Shown: positions 10,716 to 19,856 of the stretch, piece after piece | How positions within the stretch are numbered: position 1 is the stretch's first letter | How the letters are laid out: the number at the start of each line of letters is the position of its first letter | Assembly (NCBI GenBank): GCA_035947355.1 | Contig: DASZKF010000293.1 | Location: forward strand, 2,697-66,696 | Reading direction: 5' to 3' | Source: Pyrinomonadaceae bacterium | GTDB lineage: Bacteria; Acidobacteriota; Blastocatellia; Pyrinomonadales; Pyrinomonadaceae | Length of the DNA: 64,000 nucleotides | The notes under the pieces: model-generated | The model's input: the letters and a program-made list of their open reading frames with translations, nothing else | What the model was told of the DNA's origin: nothing | The model's database searches: none | Translations under genes and position numbers: made by a program

Positions 10716-11660
10716 ATGGCGCGAGTACGCATAGCCGGGAGGCTCGGAGCGTTAATTCTCGTGTGCTTATTGCCCTTCCCGCCGCCCGCGTCCGCCCAGG
10801 GCAGGCCCCGGCTCGATGCCGCCCGCCTGGAAGACAAAGTTCAAAAGATAATCGGCGCGAGCGGGGCCGAGCGGGTGGCCGTCGCCTTCCAGGACCTCGA
10901 GACCGGCGAGGAGGTCTTGGTCAACGCGGGCGAGAGTTTCCACGCCGCCAGCATGATGAAGGTGCCGGTGATGATGGAGGTCTACCGCCAGGCCGCCGCC
11001 GGCGAACTCCCCCTCGGCGGACGCCTGCCCGTCCGCAACGACTTCGAGAGCATCGCCGACGGCAGCCGCTTCTCGGTCGCGGCCGAAGACGACTCCGAGA
11101 GGACGCTCTACGAAAGGGTCGGCGGGACGGAGACCGTCCGCGAGCTGGTGCGCCTGATGATCACCGAGAGCAGCAACCTGGCGACGAACATCGTCATCGC
11201 CCGGGTCACGCCCGAGCGGGTGATGGCGCTCATGCGGGAGCTGGGGGCGCGCGACATCCGCGTGCTGCGCGGCGTCGAGGACGGGAAAGCCTACGAGCGG
11301 GGGCTGAACAACACCACCACGGCGCGCGACCTTTTGATCGTCCTGCGCGCCATCGCCGAGGGCCGGGTCGTCTCGGGGGAAGCTTCCGAAGAGATGGTGA
11401 AGATACTGCTGGGGCAGAAGTTCAACGAGGGCATCCCGGCCGGCGTGCCGCAGGGGGTGCGGGTGGCGCACAAGACCGGCTCCATCACGAAGGTCAACCA
11501 CGACGCGGGCATCGTCTACGTGCCGGGCCGCAAGCCCTACGTGCTGGCCGTCCTGACGCGCGGAATAGAGGATGAGCGGCGGGCGCACCGGCTCATCGCC
11601 GACATCTCGCGGGCCGTCTACGAAAGCGTCGTCGAAGGGCAGAACCCCCGCGAACGATAA
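10716..11660 (+). CDS. class-A beta-lactamase-like serine hydrolase (secreted)
   Basis: ATG at 10716 after ACGGAGG. Signal peptide ...LLPFPPPASAQ. SxxK 'AASMMK', SxN 'ESSNLA' and KTG 'HKTGS' motifs occur in the canonical order. Confidence 0.8.
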   Translation: MARVRIAGRLGALILVCLLPFPPPASAQGRPRLDAARLEDKVQKIIGASGAERVAVAFQDLETGEEVLVNAGESFHAASMMKVPVMMEVYRQAAAGELPLGGRLPVRNDFESIADGSRFSVAAEDDSERTLYERVGGTETVRELVRLMITESSNLATNIVIARVTPERVMALMRELGARDIRVLRGVEDGKAYERGLNNTTTARDLLIVLRAIAEGRVVSGEASEEMVKILLGQKFNEGIPAGVPQGVRVAHKTGSITKVNHDAGIVYVPGRKPYVLAVLTRGIEDERRAHRLIADISRAVYESVVEGQNPRER

Positions 11661-11699
11661 CGGCACGCGCCCGGCCGCGAGCCGGCCTCCCCTCGGCGG

Positions 11700-13169
11700 C
11701 TAGCGGTTCGCCGGCTGATGGTGCCCTCGCGTCGGCCGCGGCCCCTCCGGCTGGAAGGCGGCGTGGAAGCCGAAGTGGACCGGCGCGTCGAGCCGGAGCG
11801 TGGCGAGCGGGCCGGCCGAGACGTGGCCGGCGTCGAAGACCGCGAAGGCGCAGGAGGCGCGCGCCGCGTCGAAGACCTGGCAGATGACGGCCCCGCCCCT
11901 TTCGCGCCCGGGGTCGGGGACGAAGACCGGCTCGCCGCAGAGGTAGTGCAGGGGCGGGGCCTGGTAGATGTCGCGGGGCCGCCCCTCCGCCCAGTCTGCG
12001 TGCACGAGCTGGTCGAAGAACTTGCGCCCGCGCCGGCCGGCCGAAGAGATGCCGAGCATCCAGAACTCCTCGCAGGGCGCGCCGGCGCGGCGCGGGTCAA
12101 CGGAAGGCAGGTCGGGGTAAGCCGGGTAGTCGAGGGGCTGGCGCGCGACGACCTCACGCCCGCCCGCGCCCAGCGCGTAGCGGACGGGGCGGCCCTCACA
12201 CACGTCCGTGAAAAGGTCCGGGACGTTGCGGTACTGGTCGTAGACGGGGCGGTCGAGTTCGAGCACGTCCGCGTAGAGCAGCCCGCCCCGCTCGAAGCAG
12301 TTGACGAGGTGGAGGCAGTAGCGCGCGCCGACGGGGACCGAGGCCACGGGCTCGCCCGTCTCGCGCGAGACGACGAGGAGGCGGCTGCCGCGGCGCGGCT
12401 CCCAGCGCAGCGAGTCCATCAGCGAGAGCCCGCCGGCGACGAACGACTCCACGTCGAGCAGGTAGGGGCTGAGGTAGAAGACGGCGTAGGAACGGCTCAG
12501 GCCGAAGTCGTGAACCGTGCAGGGGTGTTCGAGCGGCAGCCGCCGCCGCAGCGCGAGCGCGCCCCCGGCGTCGAAGCGGTAGAAGCTCAGCGCGGGCTCC
12601 GAGGCCGAGAAGGCGACGCCGAAGTTGAACACCTCGCCCGTCTCGCGGTCGAACTTCGGGTGTGCGGCGAACGGGCTGACTTCGTTGAGCGCCCCGCCAA
12701 AGCCGAAGGCCCCCCGCGTCTCAAGCGTCAAAGGGTCGAGCTCCGCCGGCAACCCCTGCTCGCCGAACGCCAGCAGTGCGTCGCGGTAAGGGTAGACGCT
12801 GATGTTGGCGGGCGACTCCAGCGCGCCCCCGCGCCTCAGCCGGTCAGACTCGAAGGCCGTGCCGAAGGCGCGGAAGAGTGGGCGGCCCGCCTCACCCTCC
12901 TCCACGAACTTCCTCGTCCTGACGAAGCGGCTGGTGAACCGCACGCCCCCTCCGCCGAACCGCAGGGAGCAGACCATACCGTCGCCGTCGAGCCAGTGGC
13001 GGTAGCGGAACCCGCCGCGCGAGAAGCGCGCCGGGCCGTTCAGGTAGTAGGTGCCGCGCACGAACTCCGGCACGCGCCCCTCGACGCGGGTCACCTCGTA
13101 AGACCCTTCGCGCGGCTCGACGCCGAAGGCCCTCTCGAGCAAAGGCGCGTAGTCCCTCACGGCGCGCAC
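11700..13169 (-). CDS. carotenoid cleavage oxygenase (RPE65/CCD family)
   Basis: 'GTYYLNGPARF..GFRYRHWLDGDGMV', 'CTVHDFGLS', 'CLHLVNCFE' and 'HFGFHAAF' match the four-His CCD framework. Start set to the GTG at 13169, which overlaps the upstream stop; the ORF is open to 13319. Confidence 0.8.
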   Translation of the reverse strand: MRAVRDYAPLLERAFGVEPREGSYEVTRVEGRVPEFVRGTYYLNGPARFSRGGFRYRHWLDGDGMVCSLRFGGGGVRFTSRFVRTRKFVEEGEAGRPLFRAFGTAFESDRLRRGGALESPANISVYPYRDALLAFGEQGLPAELDPLTLETRGAFGFGGALNEVSPFAAHPKFDRETGEVFNFGVAFSASEPALSFYRFDAGGALALRRRLPLEHPCTVHDFGLSRSYAVFYLSPYLLDVESFVAGGLSLMDSLRWEPRRGSRLLVVSRETGEPVASVPVGARYCLHLVNCFERGGLLYADVLELDRPVYDQYRNVPDLFTDVCEGRPVRYALGAGGREVVARQPLDYPAYPDLPSVDPRRAGAPCEEFWMLGISSAGRRGRKFFDQLVHADWAEGRPRDIYQAPPLHYLCGEPVFVPDPGRERGGAVICQVFDAARASCAFAVFDAGHVSAGPLATLRLDAPVHFGFHAAFQPEGPRPTRGHHQPANR

Positions 13170-15007
13170 CCCCGCCCTCCGCTCACGACCGCGCCCCCGT
13201 CCTCTTCGGGCACGCTCGGCTCCCGCGGGCGCGCCGCGCAGCCCCCCGTCCCGCGCCCGCCGCCCTCCGGCCGCCCGGCCGCGCGGAAGCGCGCGAGGGC
13301 GGTCGGGGCGAACGGCCATTCGTACGGCCGCGCGCAGTGCCGGTGAGCCGCGTGGCGCGCGCGCATCTCTTCGGGGTCGAAGCGGAAGTCTTGTAAGTCA
13401 ATGCTCTCGACGAGGGCGCGGTTCGTGACGGCGCGCTCGTCCTCGCACACCACGGCGTGGGCGTGCGCGACGACGAAGCGCGCCAGCTCCAGGAGGTTCG
13501 CGAGCTGCGCGTCGAGGACGCCGCGCGCCTCCGCGGCCGACACGCCGACGCGGTAGATGGCGCCCTCGGCCGCGCGCAGCGCGCCGTGCTCCGTGAAGTC
13601 GTTGAAGACGGGCGCCGCGGGGCGCGGGCGGTGGCGCTTCTTCCAGTGGTAGAAGTCGCGGAGGAACTTTTGCAGGCCACGGTTGACCGGGCCGAGGCGC
13701 GAGAAGCGGTTGAGGTACGAGACGGCGAAGAGGCGGTCGGTGAAGAGGTCGTTGATGAACGGGAAGACGTAGAAGGAGAAGTAGACCGCCAGCTCCCACG
13801 TGTACTTGAGCGTCATCGCCTCCTGGTCGCCGAGCACGTCGTAGCTCGTCCCGTAGCTCGGGACGTACGCCTCGTAGAGCGCCTTCATCAGCCGCTCGTA
13901 GAGCGCCGCCTTCGCCGACAGCTCGGCGTCGCCCTCGGTCAGGACGGCGTCGGTGATGAGCGTGTTGTAGAGCGCGATGAGGTCGCCGCCGGGGCTGTAG
14001 AGCGGGTCGGTGAAGCGGCCCGCCTCGCCGGCCAGGGCCCAGCGGGCGGGGCTGATCGTGCGCTCGCAGTCGTAGGAGAAGTCCCTGAGCGACCCGCGCG
14101 CGAGGATTTTGCGGCGCGCCAGGTCGCGCGCGAAGAGCGGGAACTCGCGGCAGACCCACTCGACGAGCTTCTCGGTCGTCTCGACGCGCTCGCGCGGGAA
14201 CGTCCGGTTGTCGTAGACGAGGCCGAGGCTCGTCTTGCCCTGGAGCGGGATGACCCAGAACCAGAAGCCCTCGCCGCAGAAGTGGTTCGTCGCCAGCCAC
14301 ACGGGCAGGTGCCCCATCTCGCGGCGCGCGGGGTTGAGCCTCACGTCGCGCGGCGCGGCGTCCGTCAGCTTCTCGACGTTGACGAGGCCCTCGACCCAGA
14401 AGAAGGCCGCGCCGTGGCGGATGACGTTCTCGCGCTCGAGCCCGAGGCGGCGCGCGAGGAACTTGCACCGCCCCGAAGTGTCCACCACCCAGCGGACCGT
14501 CGCCGAGACCTCGCGGCCCGCTTGGCGGAAGCGGAGCCGGTGCGCGCCCTCGCCCGAGAGCGAGACTTCGAGCTCCGCGGCCGGCGCGCGGAACTCGAAA
14601 TTCTCGTGCAGGAGGTTGAGCCGCAGCATCTCGGCCTCCAGCTTGTTGCGGTCGAGCTGGTAGGTGGCGATGTTCGACATCGAGCGGATGTAGGACTGCG
14701 AGTAGTCCTCGTAGCGGTCGCCCGCGCGCCCCCCCGCCTTCCAGAAGAAGCGCAGGTTGTACTTCATGAAGTGCTCGCGCAGCAGGTGCTCTTCGAGGTC
14801 GAGGACTTTGGAGAAGTAGTAGGCGCTCATCTGCACCGTGGCCTCGCCCACCTTCTGGCGCGCGGGCGGGACTTCGGCGCGGCGCTCGACGAGCAGCACG
14901 GTCTTGCCCGTGTAGAGCAGGAGTTGGCGCGCGAGTGCCAGCCCCGCCAGCCCGGCGCCGATGATCGCCACGTCGTAGTGCTTCACCGTCTCGGCCATCT
15001 GTCTCAC
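13157..15007 (-). CDS. FAD-dependent halogenase-like oxidoreductase
   Basis: N-terminal 'YDVAIIGAGLAGLALA' (GxGxxG), 'GEGFWFWVIPL' (the WxWxIP motif of flavin-dependent halogenases) and 'FTDPLYSPGGD'. A halogenating versus monooxygenase function cannot be decided from sequence. Confidence 0.7.
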   Translation of the reverse strand: MRQMAETVKHYDVAIIGAGLAGLALARQLLLYTGKTVLLVERRAEVPPARQKVGEATVQMSAYYFSKVLDLEEHLLREHFMKYNLRFFWKAGGRAGDRYEDYSQSYIRSMSNIATYQLDRNKLEAEMLRLNLLHENFEFRAPAAELEVSLSGEGAHRLRFRQAGREVSATVRWVVDTSGRCKFLARRLGLERENVIRHGAAFFWVEGLVNVEKLTDAAPRDVRLNPARREMGHLPVWLATNHFCGEGFWFWVIPLQGKTSLGLVYDNRTFPRERVETTEKLVEWVCREFPLFARDLARRKILARGSLRDFSYDCERTISPARWALAGEAGRFTDPLYSPGGDLIALYNTLITDAVLTEGDAELSAKAALYERLMKALYEAYVPSYGTSYDVLGDQEAMTLKYTWELAVYFSFYVFPFINDLFTDRLFAVSYLNRFSRLGPVNRGLQKFLRDFYHWKKRHRPRPAAPVFNDFTEHGALRAAEGAIYRVGVSAAEARGVLDAQLANLLELARFVVAHAHAVVCEDERAVTNRALVESIDLQDFRFDPEEMRARHAAHRHCARPYEWPFAPTALARFRAAGRPEGGGRGTGGCAARPREPSVPEEDGGAVVSGGRGCAP

Positions 15008-15018
15008 GCCGCCGCGCC

Positions 15019-15519
15019 TCAGTCGCCCCGCCCCGCCGCCTTCAGGTCACGTTCGAGCGCCTCGCGCGTCGTCGTGCCGCGGTAGATTTTGACGACGCGC
15101 TGCGACGAGTCGAGCAGCAGCGTGTAGGGGATTCCGACGCCGTCGAAGCGCGTGAAGGTCTCCTCGTCGCCGAGGAGCACCGTGTAGTTGATGCCGTGCT
15201 GCTCGACGAAGCGCCTGACCGCGTCGGGGCCGCCCTCGTCGAGCGCGACGCCGACGACCTGCGCCGACCCGCCCGCCGCCAGCCCCTTCAGCTCGGGTAT
15301 CTCCTGCAAGCACGGCGCGCACCACGTCGCCCAGAAGTTCAGCACGACGGGCCGCCCCTTGAGCGAGCCGCTCTCGACCGTCCGCCCGTCGAGCGCCCTG
15401 AGCCTGAACCTCGGGGCCGGGCTTCCGACCGCGACCACCGCGGGCTCGCCCGCGTCGGCGCAGCCGACGAACGTCAGGACGACGAGAGTCAGGGTCAACC
15501 TTGTCAGCAGTCTCGGCAT
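15019..15519 (-). CDS. TlpA/ResA-like thiol:disulfide oxidoreductase, probable lipoprotein
   Basis: Lipobox-like 'LTFVGC' and thioredoxin fold motif 'NFWATWCAPCLQEIPEL' (CxxC). Confidence 0.8.
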   Translation of the reverse strand: MPRLLTRLTLTLVVLTFVGCADAGEPAVVAVGSPAPRFRLRALDGRTVESGSLKGRPVVLNFWATWCAPCLQEIPELKGLAAGGSAQVVGVALDEGGPDAVRRFVEQHGINYTVLLGDEETFTRFDGVGIPYTLLLDSSQRVVKIYRGTTTREALERDLKAAGRGD

Positions 15520-15561
15520 AAGCCCTCTGAAGTTAACGTCGCGGATTCCCGCGGGCGGCCC

Positions 15562-17340
15562 CTACAGCTTATGCGGACGCCCGTTGCCGCCGGGGATGGC
15601 GGTCGCCTCTTCGCGCCGCGCCCGGTCCTCGAAGACCGAGCCCCAGAAGATGTGTTTGCGGCGGCTGAGCATCTCCGCGATGGCCGTCTCCATCATCCCC
15701 CTGACCTCAAGGCTCACGGCGCGGACGGCCGCCGGGTCTTCGGCCGCCTCGGGCGGGTGGCGCTGCTCGACGTGGAGCGCGGGCAGGAAGCGCACGTGCC
15801 ACTTCGAGGGGAGCGGCAGCGGCCCGAAGAGCGGCCACGTCGGCGTGATCGGGAAGCAGGGCCATTCGGTGTTCCGCTTCCACCAGCGCCAGTCGAGCTT
15901 GGCGATGATCGGGAAGATCTCGGCGCTCCCGACGTTGACGAACGGGATGATGGGCGCGCGGTTCCTGATGGCCGCCCGCACGAACTCGTCGCGCCCGAAC
16001 TTGCCCAGGCGGTACGCGTCGCGGTAGAGCGAGAACGCGCCGCGTATCCCCTCGGGGTAGATGCCCAGCAGCTCGCCGCGCGCGAGCAGGCGGTCGGCGT
16101 TCTCCTGGCAGGCGACGACGCCGCCGAGCTTCGTGTGGAAGTTGAAGAGGAACGGAAACTTGATGAGGCCGGGGTGGATCAGGAAGCGCGGGTAGCGCCC
16201 GGCGTGCCGCCCGACGAGGTTGAGCGCGATGACCGCGTCGAAGGGCATGAAGCCGCGGTGCGTCCCCGCCAGCACGGCCCGCCCCTCGGCCGGCACGTGC
16301 TCCAACCCCTCGACCTCGACGCGCCAGTAGACGCGTTCGAGGAAGCCGAACAGCGTCCGGCCGTAGGCCGCGGCGTAACGCTCGTCCATTCCGAAGTCGT
16401 CGAACTCCGCCCGCCCGCCCGGCGCGGCCCCGCCCGCCTGCCCCGCGAAGCGGGCCGCCGCCTCCGCGCTCGAACGGCGCGGGGCGAAGCCCGTCTCGGC
16501 CTTCAGCCTCTCGTTGGAGACCGTCCACGGGTAGCGTATGAAGTCGAGCTGCCCGGCGGGCGAGGCGTGGCCGCGCGGCGCGAGCGCGGCCCGCGTCGCG
16601 CGCTGCAGGAGGCGGGGGACGGGGACGCGCCGCGCGCCCGCGAGGCGCAGCGCCGCGCGCAGGGGCACGACGCCGTCGGGGGCGACGTTGTAGACGCCCG
16701 GCCGCGCCTTCTCGAACGCGAGGCCGACCGCCTCCGCGAGGTCTTCGGGGTCGAGCAGTTGGAGCGAGGGGTCGTGGCCGGGGAGCGCGAAGGCCACGCG
16801 CCGCCCGAGCAGCCGGCTGAAGTAGTCGCGGCCGTCGCGCGCGGGGGCGGGCGCGTGCCGGAGGACGACGAGGTCGCCGCCCGTCTGCGCCCCGAAGTGC
16901 CCGGCGGCGAGGGCTTCGAGCCTCGCCCACGCCCCGCAGACCGTCGCGGCCTCTGCGCGCGGAACCGGGGTGGTCTCCGGGAGCAGGCCGATGTTGTGCG
17001 GGTTCGCGCCGTAGACGGCGGCGCTCGTGACGAGCAGGAGTCTCCTGACGCCGGCGGCCGCCGACTCGCGGAAGGCTGCTTCGGCGTCGGCGAGGTCGGG
17101 GAAGACCCCGTCGCGCGAGCGCGCGAGGGCGAGGTAGACGGCGGCGCCGGCGCCGCCTTCGAAGGCGGGCGTGTCCTGCCGCCCGCCGCCGAGCCGAGAC
17201 CCGCCACGCGCTTCCCGCGTAACCACGCCGCACGACTCCGCGGCGGCCGAGGCGCGCAGGCGCTCGGCCACGAGCCGCGTGAGCCGGCCTTCCGCGCCGA
17301 AGATAATCACCCTCGTCAACTTCAACCCTCCGCCCTTCAC
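15562..17340 (-). CDS. fusion of NAD(P)-binding Rossmann (epimerase/reductase-like) domain and lysophospholipid (PlsC-type) acyltransferase domain
   Basis: N-terminal 'VIIFGAEGRLT' Rossmann motif and SDR-like body. C-terminal half carries 'GTHRGFMPFD' (His..Asp block) and 'IYPEGIRG' (PEGxR block). ATGA overlap with the upstream ORF at 17337-17340. Confidence 0.7.
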   Translation of the reverse strand: MKGGGLKLTRVIIFGAEGRLTRLVAERLRASAAAESCGVVTREARGGSRLGGGRQDTPAFEGGAGAAVYLALARSRDGVFPDLADAEAAFRESAAAGVRRLLLVTSAAVYGANPHNIGLLPETTPVPRAEAATVCGAWARLEALAAGHFGAQTGGDLVVLRHAPAPARDGRDYFSRLLGRRVAFALPGHDPSLQLLDPEDLAEAVGLAFEKARPGVYNVAPDGVVPLRAALRLAGARRVPVPRLLQRATRAALAPRGHASPAGQLDFIRYPWTVSNERLKAETGFAPRRSSAEAAARFAGQAGGAAPGGRAEFDDFGMDERYAAAYGRTLFGFLERVYWRVEVEGLEHVPAEGRAVLAGTHRGFMPFDAVIALNLVGRHAGRYPRFLIHPGLIKFPFLFNFHTKLGGVVACQENADRLLARGELLGIYPEGIRGAFSLYRDAYRLGKFGRDEFVRAAIRNRAPIIPFVNVGSAEIFPIIAKLDWRWWKRNTEWPCFPITPTWPLFGPLPLPSKWHVRFLPALHVEQRHPPEAAEDPAAVRAVSLEVRGMMETAIAEMLSRRKHIFWGSVFEDRARREEATAIPGGNGRPHKL

Positions 17341-17867
17341 CTGACCGCCGCGCGTGCCACTTCGCCCCCGGCCCCGGCGAGCGCGAGCGTCTCGGCGCCG
17401 CGCCCCTCGGTGACGCGCACCAACTGCCGCGCCTGGAAGCTCCCGAAGCGCTCGACCCTCCCGCCCGGCCAGCGCACCGTCAGCGAGTTGACCTGCGCCT
17501 GCTCGCCGAGCCCGAAGTAGAGGCGCGCGCTGTGCTGCGAGGCGTAGCCGGAGCCCGCGGTGACGAGCCGCAACTGGCGGACGCCGCCGGCCTCGGCCGT
17601 CACGGCGGCGCCCACGGCGTCGGGGTTGCTTTCGGTGCCACGCAGCTCGACGGCCAGCCAGTTGCGGCGCGCGCCCGTGTCGTTGCGGAGCAGGACGGCG
17701 CGCGCCAGCTCCTCGCGCCCGCTGTCGCCGACATTGTTGTTGACGACGATGTCGAGGTCGCCGTCGTTGTCGAAGTCGGCCGTCGCCATGCCGCGCCCGT
17801 CGCGGATGTCGTCGGCGCCCACGGCCATCGCCACGTCGCTGTAGCGGGGCGCGCCGTCCGCGCCCAC
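17337..17867 (-). CDS. ASPIC/UnbV-like C-terminal segment of a CRTAC1-family protein (continuation of 17997..19823)
   Basis: 'FDNDGDLDIVVNN' FG-GAP unit, then 'GAAVTAEAGGVRQLRLVTAGSGYASQHSARLYFGLG...LTVRWPGG'. It lies in the same reading frame as 17997..19823, separated only by a TGA and 43 open codons. Confidence 0.6.
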   Translation of the reverse strand: MGADGAPRYSDVAMAVGADDIRDGRGMATADFDNDGDLDIVVNNNVGDSGREELARAVLLRNDTGARRNWLAVELRGTESNPDAVGAAVTAEAGGVRQLRLVTAGSGYASQHSARLYFGLGEQAQVNSLTVRWPGGRVERFGSFQARQLVRVTEGRGAETLALAGAGGEVARAAVR

Positions 17868-17996
17868 GCCGTCGTTCCTCAGCAGGACGTTGTGCTCGAA
17901 GCCGTTCCAGGAAGAGTCGCCGCGGAACTCGTCGCGGAAGAACTTACCCGTCTTGTACTCTTTTATGTGCGCGACCGCGCTCAGGATGTAGGGCAG

Positions 17997-19823
17997 TCAA
18001 AGGTCTGCCGTCGTCTTCGACGTGATCCAGCCGTTGACGGCGTAGATGTCCTGCCGCCCGTCGTTGTCGTAGTCGAAGACGGTCGAAGACCAGTACCACC
18101 CGAACGGGTTGGCGCGCGCCGACTCGGCCACGTCGCGGAAGCGGCCCGCGCCGTCGTTGATGAGCAGCGAGTTGCCCTTCACCATCCGGTCGCCGTAGCC
18201 GCGGTAGTCGGCCCCGACGAACGCGTAAATCTCGCGGTAGGTCGGGAAGTCCTCGAAGAACGTCCCCTGCCTCAGGCTGTTGAGCATGTACTTGTGGAGC
18301 GTGACGGCCTGCGCGTACCAGCGCTGGCCCGAGTGGACGTTCGAGACGTAGATGTCGAGGTCGCCATCGTTGTCCACGTCGGCGAAGGTCGAGCTCATGC
18401 CGTAGCCGAAGTCGAGCGTGCCGGTCTCGTAGGACACGTCGGCGAAGGTGCCGTCGCCCCGGTTGCGCAGCAGCGCGTTGCGCCCGAAGTCGTTGGTGGC
18501 GTAGATGTCCTGGCGGCCGTCGCCGTCGTAGTCGCCCCAGGCCACGCCGAGCGCGAGACCGCCCTCGCGCACGCCCGCCTGCTCGGTCACGTCCGTGAAG
18601 CGGAGACGGCCGTCGTTGCGGAGCAGCGAGTTACCCGCCCCGTTGCGCGCGTAGAAGAGGGTCGTCGGGACGTCTTTGCGCGGGTCGAGGTAGCGGCCGG
18701 CGTAGATGTCGAGGTCGCCGTCGTTGTCGTAGTCGGCGACCGCGGCGACCGTCACCAGGTGGCCGCCGAGCCCCGCGCCCTCGGTCACGTCCTCGAACCG
18801 GCCGTCGCCGCGGTTGCGGAAGAGGCGGTTGCGGTCGGTGGTGAAGCCGACGAAGAGGTCTTTGTGACCGTCGTTGTCGAAGTCGGCGAAGACGCCGACG
18901 TGCGCGCCGGGCATGACCTCGGGGAGGCCGGCGCTCGCGGTCGCGTCCTCGAACCGGCCGCCGCCGCGGTTGCGGTAGAGCCGGGGCCGCTCGCCGTCGG
19001 CGAAGAAGATGTCGTACCAGCCGTCGGCGTCGTAGTCGGCGGCGGCCACGCCGCCCGAGCCGTACTTGACGAACTCGGTCTTCGCCGGCCTCCACTCGGG
19101 CGTTGACCACATCGGGTTCTGGCGGGCGGCGAAAGCGATGCCGGCGTCGGCGGTGATGTCCGTGAACCCGCGCCTGTCGCCCGTGACCGTCGTGCCGTGA
19201 ATCAACTCCTGCCTCGTGATCTTCCAACCGCCCCCGCGCTCGCACAGCCTCATGCGGAAGAGTACCTGCGTCTCGAAGGCTTCAGCGCCGGCGTCCGGCC
19301 CGCCGCCCTGCGCCGGCTCCGCGCCCGCGACGGCCGCTACGCCTCCGCCCCGCGCCGGGCGCGTCCCGCGCAGCCAGAGGAAGGAGCGGATGACGAAATG
19401 CTTCGCGTCGTCGATGCGCTCGACCGAGTCGAGCTTGAACTTGCTCTCCTCTATCTGGCCCAGGCCGCGCAGGTAGCGCGCGACCTGCTCGCCCACCTCC
19501 CGCTTGCCGAAGGGGCGCACGCCCGTCTGCTCCCACTCGTAGACGCGCACGCCGTCGCGCTCCGACTGAAGCTCCTCGGCCCAGTCGCCCTCGGCCTCGT
19601 TGGCGTAAGAGTCGTCGTAGACGGCGGCGACCCGCCCGGCGTCGAACTTCTCGACGCCGGACTTGTACTCGCCCAAGACCTTCTGCGCGGCCTGCCCCGA
19701 CTGCGCGAGCTGCCGCGCCCCCGCCTCGAGCCGGTCCACCTTGACCTTGACGACCACGGCGAGCGCCAGCAGCGCCGCGACCGGCGCGGCGATGAAGATC
19801 AGTCGTTTCCGCCTCTTCGACAT
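17997..19823 (-). CDS. FG-GAP/VCBS-repeat protein (CRTAC1-like), N-terminal part
   Basis: N-terminal TM/signal anchor (LIFIAAPVAALLALAVVV). At least seven 'D(Y/F)D(N/G)DG..D(I/L)(Y/F)' FG-GAP/VCBS units. Ends at TGA 17997-17999 without the expected UnbV/ASPIC domain. Confidence 0.75.
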   Translation of the reverse strand: MSKRRKRLIFIAAPVAALLALAVVVKVKVDRLEAGARQLAQSGQAAQKVLGEYKSGVEKFDAGRVAAVYDDSYANEAEGDWAEELQSERDGVRVYEWEQTGVRPFGKREVGEQVARYLRGLGQIEESKFKLDSVERIDDAKHFVIRSFLWLRGTRPARGGGVAAVAGAEPAQGGGPDAGAEAFETQVLFRMRLCERGGGWKITRQELIHGTTVTGDRRGFTDITADAGIAFAARQNPMWSTPEWRPAKTEFVKYGSGGVAAADYDADGWYDIFFADGERPRLYRNRGGGRFEDATASAGLPEVMPGAHVGVFADFDNDGHKDLFVGFTTDRNRLFRNRGDGRFEDVTEGAGLGGHLVTVAAVADYDNDGDLDIYAGRYLDPRKDVPTTLFYARNGAGNSLLRNDGRLRFTDVTEQAGVREGGLALGVAWGDYDGDGRQDIYATNDFGRNALLRNRGDGTFADVSYETGTLDFGYGMSSTFADVDNDGDLDIYVSNVHSGQRWYAQAVTLHKYMLNSLRQGTFFEDFPTYREIYAFVGADYRGYGDRMVKGNSLLINDGAGRFRDVAESARANPFGWYWSSTVFDYDNDGRQDIYAVNGWITSKTTADL

Positions 19824-19856
19824 AAACTCGGACCTCCGGACTTTTAAGACGAAAGC

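Noticed and set aside
17997-17999. Selenocysteine recoding of the in-frame TGA in the CRTAC1-like gene.
   Set aside because: The context (...TTADL-TGA-LPYIL...) is not a redox CxxU/UxxC-type motif. Downstream I see only a weak 4-bp GCGC hairpin, not a convincing bacterial SECIS. A nonsense mutation or sequencing error is the simpler explanation. It is kept as a finding, but not as Sec.
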